This document shows positions 45,264-55,419 of a stretch of 63,801 nucleotides of DNA, one piece after another. The first letter of the stretch is position 1; each line of letters begins with the position of its first letter. The stretch is from a virus. Its lineage: Duplodnaviria; Caudoviricetes. The stretch lies in the IMG/VR virus record IMGVR_UViG_3300012953_000028, positions 1 to 63,801 of that record. One strand, given 5' to 3'. Made by a program: the position numbers and the translations under genes. The notes beneath the pieces are model-generated. The model had not been told where the DNA came from, searched no databases, and saw nothing but the letters and a program-made list of their open reading frames with translations.

Positions 45264-45282
45264 AGGACGAAGTATTCGTCCT
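45264..45282. terminator. Hairpin between convergent transcription units
   Basis: AGGACGAA-GTA-TTCGTCCT, 8-bp stem; no strong U-tract. Confidence 0.4.
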
Positions 45283-45319
45283 ATAGCTGATTCTTAACAA
45301 TGTTAATGAGTACTTCTGA

Positions 45320-45547
45320 CTAACGCATCTGATTAGCAATACCCTTTTTACCGTACATTGTGTCTAACTTTTCTTTGACAACTTCTGCCATGATTTTTCT
45401 ATCAGTATACGGCATATCCCAAACAACTTGTATTGGGTTACTACTCCACACACTTAAATTGCATATGTCTTGGGTTAGGGCTCTTGCGTCAGTTTCAAAA
45501 CTTTCGATATACTTTGTAATCTTATTTGAATCAGTTCCTAGACTCAA
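45320..45547 (-). CDS. Tail assembly chaperone C-terminal (lambda T-like / gp51-like) frame, probably reached by -1 frameshift
   Basis: TTG start with no SD; W.MP..DR motif; open in the -1 frame back through the T8 run. Confidence 0.65.
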   Translation of the reverse strand: MSLGTDSNKITKYIESFETDARALTQDICNLSVWSSNPIQVVWDMPYTDRKIMAEVVKEKLDTMYGKKGIANQMR

Positions 45548-46437
45548 GAGCCTACGGAAAAAAAACTTGTTGGATCGAATAGCATATCTGTTTTATAAGT
45601 TTCTCCGCAATAATCACATTTTGCAGATACTTCTCTAATAATTCCAAATTCTTGGAATTGTTTTAGTTCTTCTTCTAGTCTATCAACAGAACTTCTATCT
45701 AAATTTCCTAGCCAGTCTGCAATAAATTTTACTTCTGTTATCTCTTGTGGTTCACCGTCACCGGAACCAGGAATAACAACTTTTTGAATTGCACCAATCA
45801 TTAAATCATGACTTAGGTCAACTAATTGTGCAAAACCTGTATTTGCAATTTCTGTTTGTTTTTCTACTGGCTCTTCACGTTGTTCACTTGCTTGTAATGC
45901 TCTCATTGAATCAAATTGCATTCTTAGTAAACGTGATTGATCTTTTAGATTGTATGGTCTTAAATGTACTTCTAAGTTATTTGCAAGTTTTACAACTCCT
46001 AATTTATCTGGAATTGGCTTTAATGTGCCAATTATCTGCCCTAAACTTACATTTATTGTTTGAGACTTACCATCTGACTCGTTACAGCCGTGGCTAATAT
46101 CCATTGGCATGTCATCTCCATAACTTGCCATTTTAATAGCAACTAAAATCATATCAACATCTGCGGACGGAATTTCGTCAACATCTACAATGTCTGGACA
46201 AGAACTTTTGATTACACCCCTCATAGCTTCACCATTAAATAAAGCATCAGGATTTTTAAGGCGTAATTCGTCTTTTGCAGTCATTGGATATATTGCAAGT
46301 TCCCCGCTATCAGTTAATTTTGGTGGCTGTTTATAGTATCTTCCACTAGAAGGAAGAGTAATATACGTTCCGGGTTGCCTGAAATAATCCGATAAAGGGT
46401 TAGCAGTTTGTCCGGAAAGTGGGTTTTTATTATCCAT
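45544..46437 (-). CDS. gp26-like baseplate hub/tail assembly chaperone
   Basis: FRQP..YI.LPS.G, MTAKDE..LK, D.D.IL.AI..ASYG, CDYCG, ends in SFF. Confidence 0.8.
   Translation of the reverse strand: MDNKNPLSGQTANPLSDYFRQPGTYITLPSSGRYYKQPPKLTDSGELAIYPMTAKDELRLKNPDALFNGEAMRGVIKSSCPDIVDVDEIPSADVDMILVAIKMASYGDDMPMDISHGCNESDGKSQTINVSLGQIIGTLKPIPDKLGVVKLANNLEVHLRPYNLKDQSRLLRMQFDSMRALQASEQREEPVEKQTEIANTGFAQLVDLSHDLMIGAIQKVVIPGSGDGEPQEITEVKFIADWLGNLDRSSVDRLEEELKQFQEFGIIREVSAKCDYCGETYKTDMLFDPTSFFSVGS
45558..45565 (-). other. Predicted -1 ribosomal frameshift slippery site T TTT TTT
   Basis: Minus strand ACA AGT TTT TTT TCC GTA GGC TCT TGA; the -1 frame reads TTC CGT AGG CTC TTG AGT CTA into the 45320-45547 ORF. 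Confidence 0.7.
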
Positions 46438-46453
46438 GTAGTTAATCCTATCA

Positions 46454-46497
46454 GGTAAATAGGCTTATAGAAACCTATATTTGTAATTATACTTATA
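46454..46497. promoter_or_regulatory. Crossed late promoters for tape measure (+, GGTAAATA 46454-46461) and chaperone (-, TATAAGTA 46490-46497)
   Basis: Both motifs read directly in the 94-nt divergent intergenic gap. Confidence 0.55.
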
Positions 46498-46531
46498 TTC
46501 GGTTATAAAGTACAAAGGTCCAAAAGGTAAT

Positions 46532-49500
46532 ATGGAAGAAGAATTAAGAGAAGCAATTGGTAAACTAACCGATCAAATTTCTAATATGAATAGACAAACA
46601 GGCTCAAGACCTGGTGGAAGTAGTCGTGGATCTACAGCGCCTAGAGCTGATGCTACTGCTTCAGCAATGGATAAACTAAAAGAAGGGGTCCAAGGAACAA
46701 CTTCTAGTTTAAAGAAAACTGCTGAATCAAACGAAAAACTTATACAAACATCTAAAAAACTTACTTGGGAGCAAAAAGCACAAGTAAGAGGATTACAAAA
46801 CTTTGGTAAAGGATTACTTGACGGAAGTAAAAAAGGACAAGATTCTTTAAATCAGTTATCCGGAGCTCTATCAAATAGCACAGGAAAAGTTACTAAAGTA
46901 CTTGGCGCCTTTGCCGCTGGTTTAGGTTTTGCATGGGGAACATTAGAAAATTTTGCAGATGCCGCTAGATCTGCAAGTGGAGCATTAAACTTAGGAGCAG
47001 TTAGTGTTGGCTTAATGCAATCACAAAGTATGATGTCAGGACTTGGTAAAGAGTTTGCAACTGTTATCAATGAAAGTGGCGGTGGTTTTAAACTACTAGG
47101 AGAAACAACAGAAGACGCAGTTAAAAACTTATCTCAAATGTCAAGAGCAGTTAGAAACGGTTCTTCTATGATGGGCAACCTTACAAAAGAATTTGGTGTG
47201 TCAGCAAAGGCAGTTGACGAAACTGCAAAGCTAACCGCACAATTAGGACTTACAGAAAAAGATAGTGCCCAATTAATGGCTCAGAGTTTAGATGTTGCAA
47301 GAAGGTCTGGTGCTACACAAGAAACAGCAATGCAAGTAGCAATTAAAAGTTATGCTCAGACAGCTAAAACAGCAAGAGGATTAAGTGATCAATTTGGTGT
47401 TAGTGCCAAACAAATTATGCAGGCTTCAATGGCTTTTCAAAAGTCTATTGCAGGACAAAGAGCCGCTATGCTTGGAGTAGGAACAGATGCTACTGAAATA
47501 CAAGGTGTAATGGGTCAAATGCTTGGTAACCTAAGCCAAGACCAAAGAGATAGAGCATCAGCCGCAATGGCCGCAGGAGAAATTGGACAAGCCATTGCTA
47601 TTGCAACTGAAGGCAAATCTGGAGCAGAAGCCGCCGCAACTGCTGACATGGTAAGAATGATATCTGAAGCAAACACTGGAAAAGGTGACGGTACAGTTTT
47701 ACAAGCTCTTAAAGGTATGGAAAATGCTTCCATGACACAATTTGCAAGTAGTAGAAACTTTAGAGATCAAAATATGAATGCCGCGGCTGGTATCGGACAA
47801 GCATTTAAACGATTAACTGATGATGCAAATAAGTCCGGCGAAGATGCTAAGACAAATGCAGAAGAAGGTCAAACTACAGAAGCAAAAAACATCAAGTCTC
47901 TTACACAAATGTCAACTGCCGTTGATTATGCTAAAGGTACATTTTGGAGTATAGTAGCAGGAGGAGTTGGATTATTAGGATCATTTGTATCATTAGCGGC
48001 CGCAGGTAGTGCCGCCGCAATAGCAATGGGAGGCGGAGGCTTATCAGGAGTACTTGGTGGATTTAGCAAAGCCCTTAACAAAGTAACATCTGGTGCAATG
48101 GGATCAGTTGGTAAAGTAGGCGGAGCAGTAGCAAGTGCCGGCGGAGGAATGCTTAGTAAAGCAAAAGGATTTTTAGGAATCGGAGCTGGAGGAGTTTCTG
48201 CTACTCAATCTGCTCCTGGTATTCCTAGTACTAAAGGAATGCAAAATGCTCTTGGTGAAGTTAAAAGTTTAGGAAAAATGATACAAGATACTTTATCAGG
48301 TATAGGAAATGGAATTGCAAAATTAGCAAGAGGTATAGGTAGCTCATTATCATCTATTGGAACAGGAATTGCAAAGTTAGCAAAAGGAATTGGTAGATCT
48401 TTATCATCACTTGGTAAAGGTATTGGAGACTTAGGAGAAGGACTTGGTAGAGGAATTGGAAAACTAGTTGAAAGTTCTTTAAAAGGAATTGGCAAAGGAC
48501 TTGCCGCAGTATCTAATCCAAAATACTTAATTGGAGCCGCAGTATTAGCCGCAACAGGTGGTGCAATGTGGGTTGCTGGAAAAGCATTCCAACAGTTTGC
48601 AAATATTAATTGGGGCGGAGTAGTAGCTGGAGGTATTGCATTAGCAGTAGTAACAGCAGGAGCCGCGGCCATTGGAGCATCTGGTATGGTTGCACCTATT
48701 TTACTTGGAGCCGTAGCAATTGGAGCTCTTGGAGCCGCACTAATACCATTTAGCTATGCCGCTAAACTTGCAGGCGAAGGAATGGTAGACTTAGGTAGAG
48801 GGTTAAGAATAATTGGAGATGTTCCAATTCCAACGTTACTTGCTATAGGTCCTGCATTAGCATTAATGGGAGTAGGTTTAGCCGCACTTTCAGCCGCTGG
48901 TGCAATGAGTTCTCTTTTAGGAGCATTCCAAGATGAAGGACCAATTGATAAAATTGTAAAAATTGCTAAAGCCGCTCCTGGTGTTAACTTGATGGCTAAG
49001 TCTTTAAGAACATTTGGAATGAACATAATGGTCTTTAATAAAGGACTTGAAGGTTTAAGTGAAACAGCATTAGATGGATTAGAAGATTTCAACGATGCCG
49101 CAAGTAATATATCACAGTCTTCTGTAACTGCAATGGCAGATTTAGCAGTAGCAACATCTTTACTTGGATTTAATATACAAGATATAGATTGGAATAAGTT
49201 AGTTTTACCAGTAGACATTGGTGAAAGATACCATAATTTAGCAGAAGGAATGTTAGCAACCGCTGTAGCAATGGAACAAATGCCTAAACCAGGTATGTGG
49301 GACACTCTTGTTGCAGGTGTAGGTAATTTATTTGGGGTTAACGGAGGTAATCAAGGTAGTTTAACAGAATCAGTACAATCAGAAAAAACTACAACTACAA
49401 CATATAGTGATGGGTCAGTTGATACGCAATCAGAAATTGTTACAGTTCTTAAATCAATTGACGGGCAAATGGGCAAAGTTACACAGAATACAAAGAAAGA

Positions 49501-49534
49501 AGTTTCGGTTGTTGCTCCTCGCTTTGGTAGTTAA
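46532..49534 (+). CDS. Tail tape measure protein
   Basis: 1000 aa, Ala/Gly-rich and helical; 11/18-residue amphipathic repeats; hydrophobic stretches; next to the chaperone locus. Confidence 0.85.
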   Translation: MEEELREAIGKLTDQISNMNRQTGSRPGGSSRGSTAPRADATASAMDKLKEGVQGTTSSLKKTAESNEKLIQTSKKLTWEQKAQVRGLQNFGKGLLDGSKKGQDSLNQLSGALSNSTGKVTKVLGAFAAGLGFAWGTLENFADAARSASGALNLGAVSVGLMQSQSMMSGLGKEFATVINESGGGFKLLGETTEDAVKNLSQMSRAVRNGSSMMGNLTKEFGVSAKAVDETAKLTAQLGLTEKDSAQLMAQSLDVARRSGATQETAMQVAIKSYAQTAKTARGLSDQFGVSAKQIMQASMAFQKSIAGQRAAMLGVGTDATEIQGVMGQMLGNLSQDQRDRASAAMAAGEIGQAIAIATEGKSGAEAAATADMVRMISEANTGKGDGTVLQALKGMENASMTQFASSRNFRDQNMNAAAGIGQAFKRLTDDANKSGEDAKTNAEEGQTTEAKNIKSLTQMSTAVDYAKGTFWSIVAGGVGLLGSFVSLAAAGSAAAIAMGGGGLSGVLGGFSKALNKVTSGAMGSVGKVGGAVASAGGGMLSKAKGFLGIGAGGVSATQSAPGIPSTKGMQNALGEVKSLGKMIQDTLSGIGNGIAKLARGIGSSLSSIGTGIAKLAKGIGRSLSSLGKGIGDLGEGLGRGIGKLVESSLKGIGKGLAAVSNPKYLIGAAVLAATGGAMWVAGKAFQQFANINWGGVVAGGIALAVVTAGAAAIGASGMVAPILLGAVAIGALGAALIPFSYAAKLAGEGMVDLGRGLRIIGDVPIPTLLAIGPALALMGVGLAALSAAGAMSSLLGAFQDEGPIDKIVKIAKAAPGVNLMAKSLRTFGMNIMVFNKGLEGLSETALDGLEDFNDAASNISQSSVTAMADLAVATSLLGFNIQDIDWNKLVLPVDIGERYHNLAEGMLATAVAMEQMPKPGMWDTLVAGVGNLFGVNGGNQGSLTESVQSEKTTTTTYSDGSVDTQSEIVTVLKSIDGQMGKVTQNTKKEVSVVAPRFGS

Positions 49535-49562
49535 GTATTAATATAAAAAGGTAAGTAATAGT

Positions 49563-51224
49563 ATGGCATCATGGAAAAAACATTTTAAGATATGGGATCC
49601 GCAGGCAGAACAAACCAATAATGGTCCTAGACAGCAAGGAGGAAGTACCTCTAAGTTTGCTAGTTGGCTACAAGACGTATACACTGGACAACCAAACAGA
49701 GTAGAACGTTATAGCCAATACGATCAAATGGACCAAGATTCGGAAGTTAATGCCGCATTAGATACAATATCAGAGTTTTGTACACAAGAAGATCCAATAA
49801 CACATCTTCCTTTTGCTTTAAGATGGTCTTCAGATCCAACACCAAGTGAAAGTCAAGCTATTAGTGAAACACTTAAGAAATGGTGTAGCATTAATGGATT
49901 TGATCAGAAGCTATTTAGAACTTTTAGAAGTGCTATTAAGTTTGGAGATCACTTCTTTTTGCGTGATCCAGAAACATTTGAATTATATTGGGTAAACCCA
50001 GGTGATGTTAAAAGAGCAGTAATTAACGAAGCTGAAGGACGTAAGGTTGAGCAGTATGTTATTAGTAATTTGCATCCTAACTTAGGAGCAAAGGTAGCAA
50101 CCAAACCAATCGAAAGTGTACAATCAATGGCCAATGCTGTACAAGCAGGACCAAACAATCAGTATAATGTTTCAAATAGTGCTTATAAAAGTGGTAATAC
50201 AGGAACTGAAGTTACAATTGATGCAAAAGATATAATGCATATTAGTTTAAGCGAAGGGTTAGATGCAAACTGGCCTTTTGGAGCAAGTATACTCGATAGT
50301 GTTTTTAAAATTTATAAACAAAAAGAGTTATTAGAAGACGCAATTATCATTTATCGTGTACAAAGAGCACCAGAACGTAGAGTGTTTTACATTGATACAG
50401 GTAATTTACCTAGTCACCAAGCAATGGGATTTCTTGAAAGAGTTAAAAATGAAATACACCAAAGACGTATTCCAACTAGATCAGGTGGTGGTACTGCCCT
50501 AGATGCAAGTTACAATCCTTTAAGTATTATGGAAGACTTTTTCTTTGCTCAATCAGCTGATGGTAGAGGTAGTAAAGTTGAAGTATTACCAGGAGGAACT
50601 AACTTAGGTGAGATAGATGATTTAAAATTCTTTTCAAATAAATTGATGAGAGGCTTAAGAATTCCAAGTAGTTATATGCCTACTGGACCAGATGATAGTG
50701 CTATACAATTAACTGACGGTCGTGTAGGAACAGCATTAATCCAAGAGTATCGTTTTAACAGATATTGTCAAAGACTTCAAGGATTAATTATGCCTATGCT
50801 ATCCAAAGAGTTTAAGACGTTTGTAAAACATAGAGGTATTAACGTAGATACATCATCATTTGAAATTGATATGTTGGAACCTCAGAACTTTAGTGATTAT
50901 AGACAAATTGAAGTTAATAATGCTAGAGCTTCTGTGTTCACGCAATTAGCAGAAGTACCTTATATGAGTCATAGATTTAAATTACAAAAATTCTTAGGAC
51001 TAACTGATGCAGAATTACTTGAAAATGAGAAACTTTGGTTAGAAGAAAATAAAGCACCAACACCTACAGAAGCTGACGAACAAGCTGGGTTTGGTGATAT
51101 TGGTGGAGGAGCCGGTGGAGGCGGATTAAGTGACGGCGATATGGACTTTGCCGACGATTTAGAGACTGCAGAACCAGCACCAGACGAGGGTGGCGAATCT
51201 GCACCCACAGAACCAGAAGCATAA
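49563..51224 (+). CDS. Portal vertex protein gp20-like
   Basis: LEDAIIIYRVQRAPERRVFYIDTGNLP, EDFFF, GRGSKVE.LPGG.NLGEIDD. Confidence 0.97.
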   Translation: MASWKKHFKIWDPQAEQTNNGPRQQGGSTSKFASWLQDVYTGQPNRVERYSQYDQMDQDSEVNAALDTISEFCTQEDPITHLPFALRWSSDPTPSESQAISETLKKWCSINGFDQKLFRTFRSAIKFGDHFFLRDPETFELYWVNPGDVKRAVINEAEGRKVEQYVISNLHPNLGAKVATKPIESVQSMANAVQAGPNNQYNVSNSAYKSGNTGTEVTIDAKDIMHISLSEGLDANWPFGASILDSVFKIYKQKELLEDAIIIYRVQRAPERRVFYIDTGNLPSHQAMGFLERVKNEIHQRRIPTRSGGGTALDASYNPLSIMEDFFFAQSADGRGSKVEVLPGGTNLGEIDDLKFFSNKLMRGLRIPSSYMPTGPDDSAIQLTDGRVGTALIQEYRFNRYCQRLQGLIMPMLSKEFKTFVKHRGINVDTSSFEIDMLEPQNFSDYRQIEVNNARASVFTQLAEVPYMSHRFKLQKFLGLTDAELLENEKLWLEENKAPTPTEADEQAGFGDIGGGAGGGGLSDGDMDFADDLETAEPAPDEGGESAPTEPEA

Positions 51225-51241
51225 AAGGAATAAGTAAAGTT

Positions 51242-51448
51242 ATGAGATTTAATGACTTAACAAGAATACAAGACGAAATTGAAGAAGAAATCGATCCTGA
51301 TGTAGCATTCTATTCCGATATGCGTAGACACCGTATGACTTTAGAGCATGTTAATAGATTGCGTAAACTTCGTGAATTAAGAAAATACGAGCAAAAAACT
51401 AGGTTAGAAGCAATTACCAAAATGTATGCTCGACCCCCTGCTGTTTAA
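51242..51448 (+). CDS. Small prohead core-associated protein
   Basis: 68 aa between portal and core genes; R..R.TL...N.LRK. Confidence 0.65.
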   Translation: MRFNDLTRIQDEIEEEIDPDVAFYSDMRRHRMTLEHVNRLRKLRELRKYEQKTRLEAITKMYARPPAV

Positions 51449-51609
51449 CAGTATTCTTTTAAAATATTAAATTTTTATTAAATTTTACCCGTTTTGCGGA
51501 AATTGTGCCAAAAAGTACAGTTTTTACCGCATAACTCCTGTTTTTCCGTGCGTCATTAGTAAGTAGTTATTGGTGAATACCCGCCTTTCGCGATAAGGAG
51601 AAAAAGAAT

Positions 51610-52359
51610 ATGACAACAGTACTTGAACAGGCACTTGAGCACCTCTTAAATAAAGAAGAGGAAAAAGCAAGTAGTCTTTTACATGATTACTATGTTGGTA
51701 TTGGACGTAAAGTCTATGAAGATATTATGTCCGACGATACTAATTTAGAAGAAGAAATCGAAGATATTGATGCCGCAGTTGAAGAAGTTGAGTCTGACTT
51801 GACTGAAGAGGGTGACGATATTGAGGCAGAGATGGATGCTATTGATGCAGACGCAGATGCCGAAGAAATTGCAACAGATATGGATGCTGAAGAAGCTCCT
51901 GTATCATCTGATGCCGCTGACGTTGCAGATGCAATGGTTGATGTTGAATCAGCATTAGCTAACCTAAAAGCAGAATTTGAAGAAATGCTTACAGGTGGTG
52001 ATGCAGAAGCACCAGCAGAAGAAGAAATGGAAGAAATGCCAGCAGAGGCAGTCCAATTAGAAGGTGAAAAGTCTGATGCAGAAGCAGTTGAAGAAGCTGA
52101 AGAAGTTGAAGAAAGCGCCGACGAACAGATTGACGAAGCCGCAGAACTCAAGTTAGCACAGAAGCCAGATTTGGCAGATCATGCAGATAATAAAAAGAGC
52201 CCAGTCGCAGGTAAAAACGACATGGGTGGTAAAGCAGTTAACATGGCAGGTGGATCTGCAGAAGGTGTAGCATCTGGTACAAAGCCAGAAAAAGCTCCAG
52301 CTTCACAGGAACTACCACATGGAACTACTGAGCCAAACATGAGCCAAGTAAAGGGTTAA
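51610..52359 (+). CDS. Acidic prohead core protein (gp67-like)
   Basis: Very Glu/Asp-rich; AAGGAG SD; upstream of the protease. Confidence 0.65.
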   Translation: MTTVLEQALEHLLNKEEEKASSLLHDYYVGIGRKVYEDIMSDDTNLEEEIEDIDAAVEEVESDLTEEGDDIEAEMDAIDADADAEEIATDMDAEEAPVSSDAADVADAMVDVESALANLKAEFEEMLTGGDAEAPAEEEMEEMPAEAVQLEGEKSDAEAVEEAEEVEESADEQIDEAAELKLAQKPDLADHADNKKSPVAGKNDMGGKAVNMAGGSAEGVASGTKPEKAPASQELPHGTTEPNMSQVKG

Positions 52360-52363
52360 TAAG

Positions 52364-53002
52364 ATGAACTTACAGCCATTAACAGAAAGATTGTCATTCG
52401 ACCAAGCGAATCTCGTTGTCGAAATGGCAGAGAATCAGGATGGTGGTAAGGATCTCTACATGAAAGGGATTTTCATTCAAGGTGATAAAAAGAATCATAA
52501 CGAGAGAGTTTATCCAGCAGATGAAATTGCCCGGGCAGTAGAGAGCATTAGTCAACGACTAGCAGATGGCTTTTCAGTATTAGGCGAAGCAGATCATCCA
52601 GATGACTTACAGGTTAACATCGACCGAGTTAGTCATATGGTTACTGAAATGTGGATGCAAGGTTCCGATGGATATGGAAAACTAAGAATTATTCCAACTC
52701 CAATGGGGAACATTATTAAAACATTACTAGAAAGCAAAGTAAAATTAGGAGTAAGTTCAAGAGGATCAGGAAATGTAGGCGGAGGCGGAAATGTTTCAGA
52801 TTTTGAAATTGTTACTGTTGATGTAGTAGCACAACCTAGTGCCCCTGATGCTTATCCAACTCCAATTTATGAAAGAGTTATGCTAGACAAAAGACGAGCC
52901 GCTCTTATGGATGTAGCCCAAGCGATGACTTACGATAAGTCCGCACAAAAGCACCTTGAATATGAGGTACTTAGATTCCTTGAGAATCTTAAAAAAGTCT
53001 GA
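52364..53002 (+). CDS. Prohead protease gp21-like
   Basis: GIFIQ...N.N.RVYP, GE.DHP, VSH, TP.G, LGVSSRG.G, D.V..PSAP.A. Confidence 0.96.
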   Translation: MNLQPLTERLSFDQANLVVEMAENQDGGKDLYMKGIFIQGDKKNHNERVYPADEIARAVESISQRLADGFSVLGEADHPDDLQVNIDRVSHMVTEMWMQGSDGYGKLRIIPTPMGNIIKTLLESKVKLGVSSRGSGNVGGGGNVSDFEIVTVDVVAQPSAPDAYPTPIYERVMLDKRRAALMDVAQAMTYDKSAQKHLEYEVLRFLENLKKV

Positions 53003-53013
53003 GGAGACAAATT

Positions 53014-54123
53014 ATGAGTAATGAAAACTTTACAGATTTGCTCGGCTCTGTAGTATTATCTGAAGAGGTGCGTGAGAATATCAACGCCGCTTGGGATCAA
53101 AAACAGATTGAAACTCGTGAAGAAGTAACAGCAGAACTCCGTGAGGAATTTGCTACACGATATGAGCATGATAAAGGTCAACTCGTTGAAGCAATGGATA
53201 AATTGATTCAAGATACCATTTCTGGTGCTAGTAACGAGTTCAAAAAACTACACGAAGATACAGAGAACACTCGTGTAAAATATGCTACTAAGATGAGTGA
53301 AGACGCAAAACTTCTACAAAAATTTGTTATGGAAACATTAGCAAAAGAAGTTGGCGAATTAAAAGCTGATCGAGCCGCACAAAAAGAAAATTTTAAAGGC
53401 TTAGAAGAATTTGCCCTACGCAAATTAACTAATGAGCTTTCAGAGTTACACGAAGATCATAAAAAATTAGTTGAAGCCCGTGTTAAACTAATTTCAGAAG
53501 GTCGTATTGCTATCGAAGAAGCAAGATCACAATTTATTAAGAAAGCAAGTGAAAAGGTTAATAGCCTTGTTGTTGAGTCTTTCAAGAGTGAATTGTCCTC
53601 GCTTAAAACAGATATCCGTGAAGCAAAAGAAAACAACTTTGGACGTAAAATTATGGAGGCTTTTGCCGCTGAATTTATGTCAAGTAAGTTTGCAGACGGA
53701 ACAGCAGTAAGTGAACTTAATACAAAAATTACTGAGATGGAAGTAAAATTAGCAGAAGCAAATAAAGCTATTGCTGACAAAGAACATCTCATCACCGAAT
53801 CCAGTCGTTTACAGCGCCTAGCGGAAGACAAAATGACTAGAAGTCGGATTATGCAAGAACTAAATGCTCCGTTGTCAAAAGACAAAAGAGTTATTATGGA
53901 TGAATTATTAGAGACAACTCCAACAAGTAAACTCAATGAAGCATTCCAGAAGTACTTGCCATCAGTTCTTAACGAAGAGGTCCGTAGAGACAAGAAAGTT
54001 ATCGTTGAGGGTCAGCAATCACAGAAGACTGTGGTTACGGGTAATAAACCAGCAATTAAAGAAGAAGAGCCGGCTGAAGTTGATTCAACCATCTCTGAAC
54101 TTCGTAAGTTAGCTGGTCTTTAA
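53014..54123 (+). CDS. Prohead scaffolding protein gp22-like
   Basis: Long coiled coil between protease and capsid; FGRKI.EAF..E. Confidence 0.88.
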   Translation: MSNENFTDLLGSVVLSEEVRENINAAWDQKQIETREEVTAELREEFATRYEHDKGQLVEAMDKLIQDTISGASNEFKKLHEDTENTRVKYATKMSEDAKLLQKFVMETLAKEVGELKADRAAQKENFKGLEEFALRKLTNELSELHEDHKKLVEARVKLISEGRIAIEEARSQFIKKASEKVNSLVVESFKSELSSLKTDIREAKENNFGRKIMEAFAAEFMSSKFADGTAVSELNTKITEMEVKLAEANKAIADKEHLITESSRLQRLAEDKMTRSRIMQELNAPLSKDKRVIMDELLETTPTSKLNEAFQKYLPSVLNEEVRRDKKVIVEGQQSQKTVVTGNKPAIKEEEPAEVDSTISELRKLAGL

Positions 54124-54140
54124 AGAAGGAGACATTTAAA

Positions 54141-55340
54141 ATGTCAGAAGCTCTTTTTGAAGCTAAAAATTGGTCCGCAACTAAAGACGCCCTAACGGAA
54201 GGTCTTAACGGACAACGTAAATCTACTATGGAAGTTTGCTTAGAAAATACTAAAAAGTATTTGGCTGAGACAGCTACCACTGGTGCAACAGCATCTGGAA
54301 ACGTAGCAGTACTTAACAAAGTAATTCTACCAGTTATCAGACGTGTTATGCCAACAACCATCGCTAACGAATTAGTCGGTGTTCAGCCTATGCAAGGCCC
54401 TGTTTCTCAGATTCATACACTTCGTGTACGTTATGCTGAGGCCGCCGCCGCTTCTTCAAACGAAGACGGTGTAGTTGGTGCAGAGGTTGTTGCTGGTGAT
54501 GAAGCATTATCACCATTTGCTATTGCTAACCAGTACTCAGGTGGTTCTGACGGTAAAGCAGATGCAACTGCTACTTTAGAAGGTACCGGTGGAAACAAAA
54601 TGTCCATCCAGATCCTCAAAGAAACTGTAGAAGCTAAATCCAGAAAGCTATCAGCTCGTTGGACATTTGAAGCCGCACAAGACGCACAAGCCATTCATGG
54701 TGTTGACGTTGAAGCGGAAATTATGGCCGCACTTGCTCAAGAAATTACTGCTGAAATTGACCAGGAAGTTATCCAGTCTCTTACAGCACTTTCCGGAACT
54801 GCATTTGGTACATATGACCAAGCCGCAGTTAGTGGTACAGCCAACTTCGTAGGTGACGAGCATGCCGCATTAGCAGTTCTTATTAATAGAGCCGCTAACG
54901 ATATCGCTTCTCGTACAAGACGTGGTGCAGGTAACTATATTGTTGTAAGCCCAACAGCTTTAACAATTCTACAATCTGCTACAACTTCAGCATTCGCAAG
55001 AACAACTGAAGGAACATTTGAAGCACCAACAAATACTAAGTTTGTTGGAACACTTAACAGCTCAGTAAGAGTATACGTTAACCACTACAGTGGTGACGCC
55101 GCTCCTGTATTGATCGGTTATAAAGGTGCAAATGAAATGGATGCTCCGGCATTCTATTGCCCATACATTCCGTTGATGAGCTCAGGTGTTGTATTAGATC
55201 CTAACACATTCGAGCCAACTGTCAGCTTTATGACACGTTACGGATATGTTGAGTTATCTAACTCCGCTTCATCTCTTGGTAACGCGGCTGATTACGTTAA
55301 TAATATCGCAATCACAAGCGGAAACCTTTCTTTCATCTAA
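54141..55340 (+). CDS. Major capsid protein gp23-like
   Basis: P.IRRVMP..IA.E.VGVQPM.GP, KSRKL.A.WT.E.AQD, EI.AEID.E, FYCPYIPL, P...F.TRYG. Confidence 0.98.
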   Translation: MSEALFEAKNWSATKDALTEGLNGQRKSTMEVCLENTKKYLAETATTGATASGNVAVLNKVILPVIRRVMPTTIANELVGVQPMQGPVSQIHTLRVRYAEAAAASSNEDGVVGAEVVAGDEALSPFAIANQYSGGSDGKADATATLEGTGGNKMSIQILKETVEAKSRKLSARWTFEAAQDAQAIHGVDVEAEIMAALAQEITAEIDQEVIQSLTALSGTAFGTYDQAAVSGTANFVGDEHAALAVLINRAANDIASRTRRGAGNYIVVSPTALTILQSATTSAFARTTEGTFEAPTNTKFVGTLNSSVRVYVNHYSGDAAPVLIGYKGANEMDAPAFYCPYIPLMSSGVVLDPNTFEPTVSFMTRYGYVELSNSASSLGNAADYVNNIAITSGNLSFI

Positions 55341-55370
55341 GTCTTGTAGACTAAGCGAAGAAAAAATTTT

Positions 55371-55406
55371 AAGCAGGGCTAGTTTTACTAGCTCTGCTTT
55401 TTCTTT
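55371..55406 (+). terminator. Intrinsic terminator after the major capsid gene
   Basis: AAGCAGGGCTAG / CTAGCTCTGCTT stem followed by a T-run. Confidence 0.85.
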
Positions 55407-55419
55407 GATAAGTACTCGT

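Noticed and set aside
44753-45319. Group I/II intron, tmRNA, tRNA or RNase P identity for the structured element
   Set aside because: It interrupts no gene, and I could not find the P7/R-S consensus, a domain V hairpin, a T-arm/CCA end or the RNase P P4 motif
41238-55340. Inteins or homing endonucleases in core genes
   Set aside because: Protein lengths are normal, and no splice-junction, LAGLIDADG, HNH or GIY-YIG motifs were recognised
55246-55419. N-terminal extension of the 126-aa ORF overlapping the capsid gene
   Set aside because: It spans the capsid stop and terminator; the ATG at 55420 after TAAGTA is the better start
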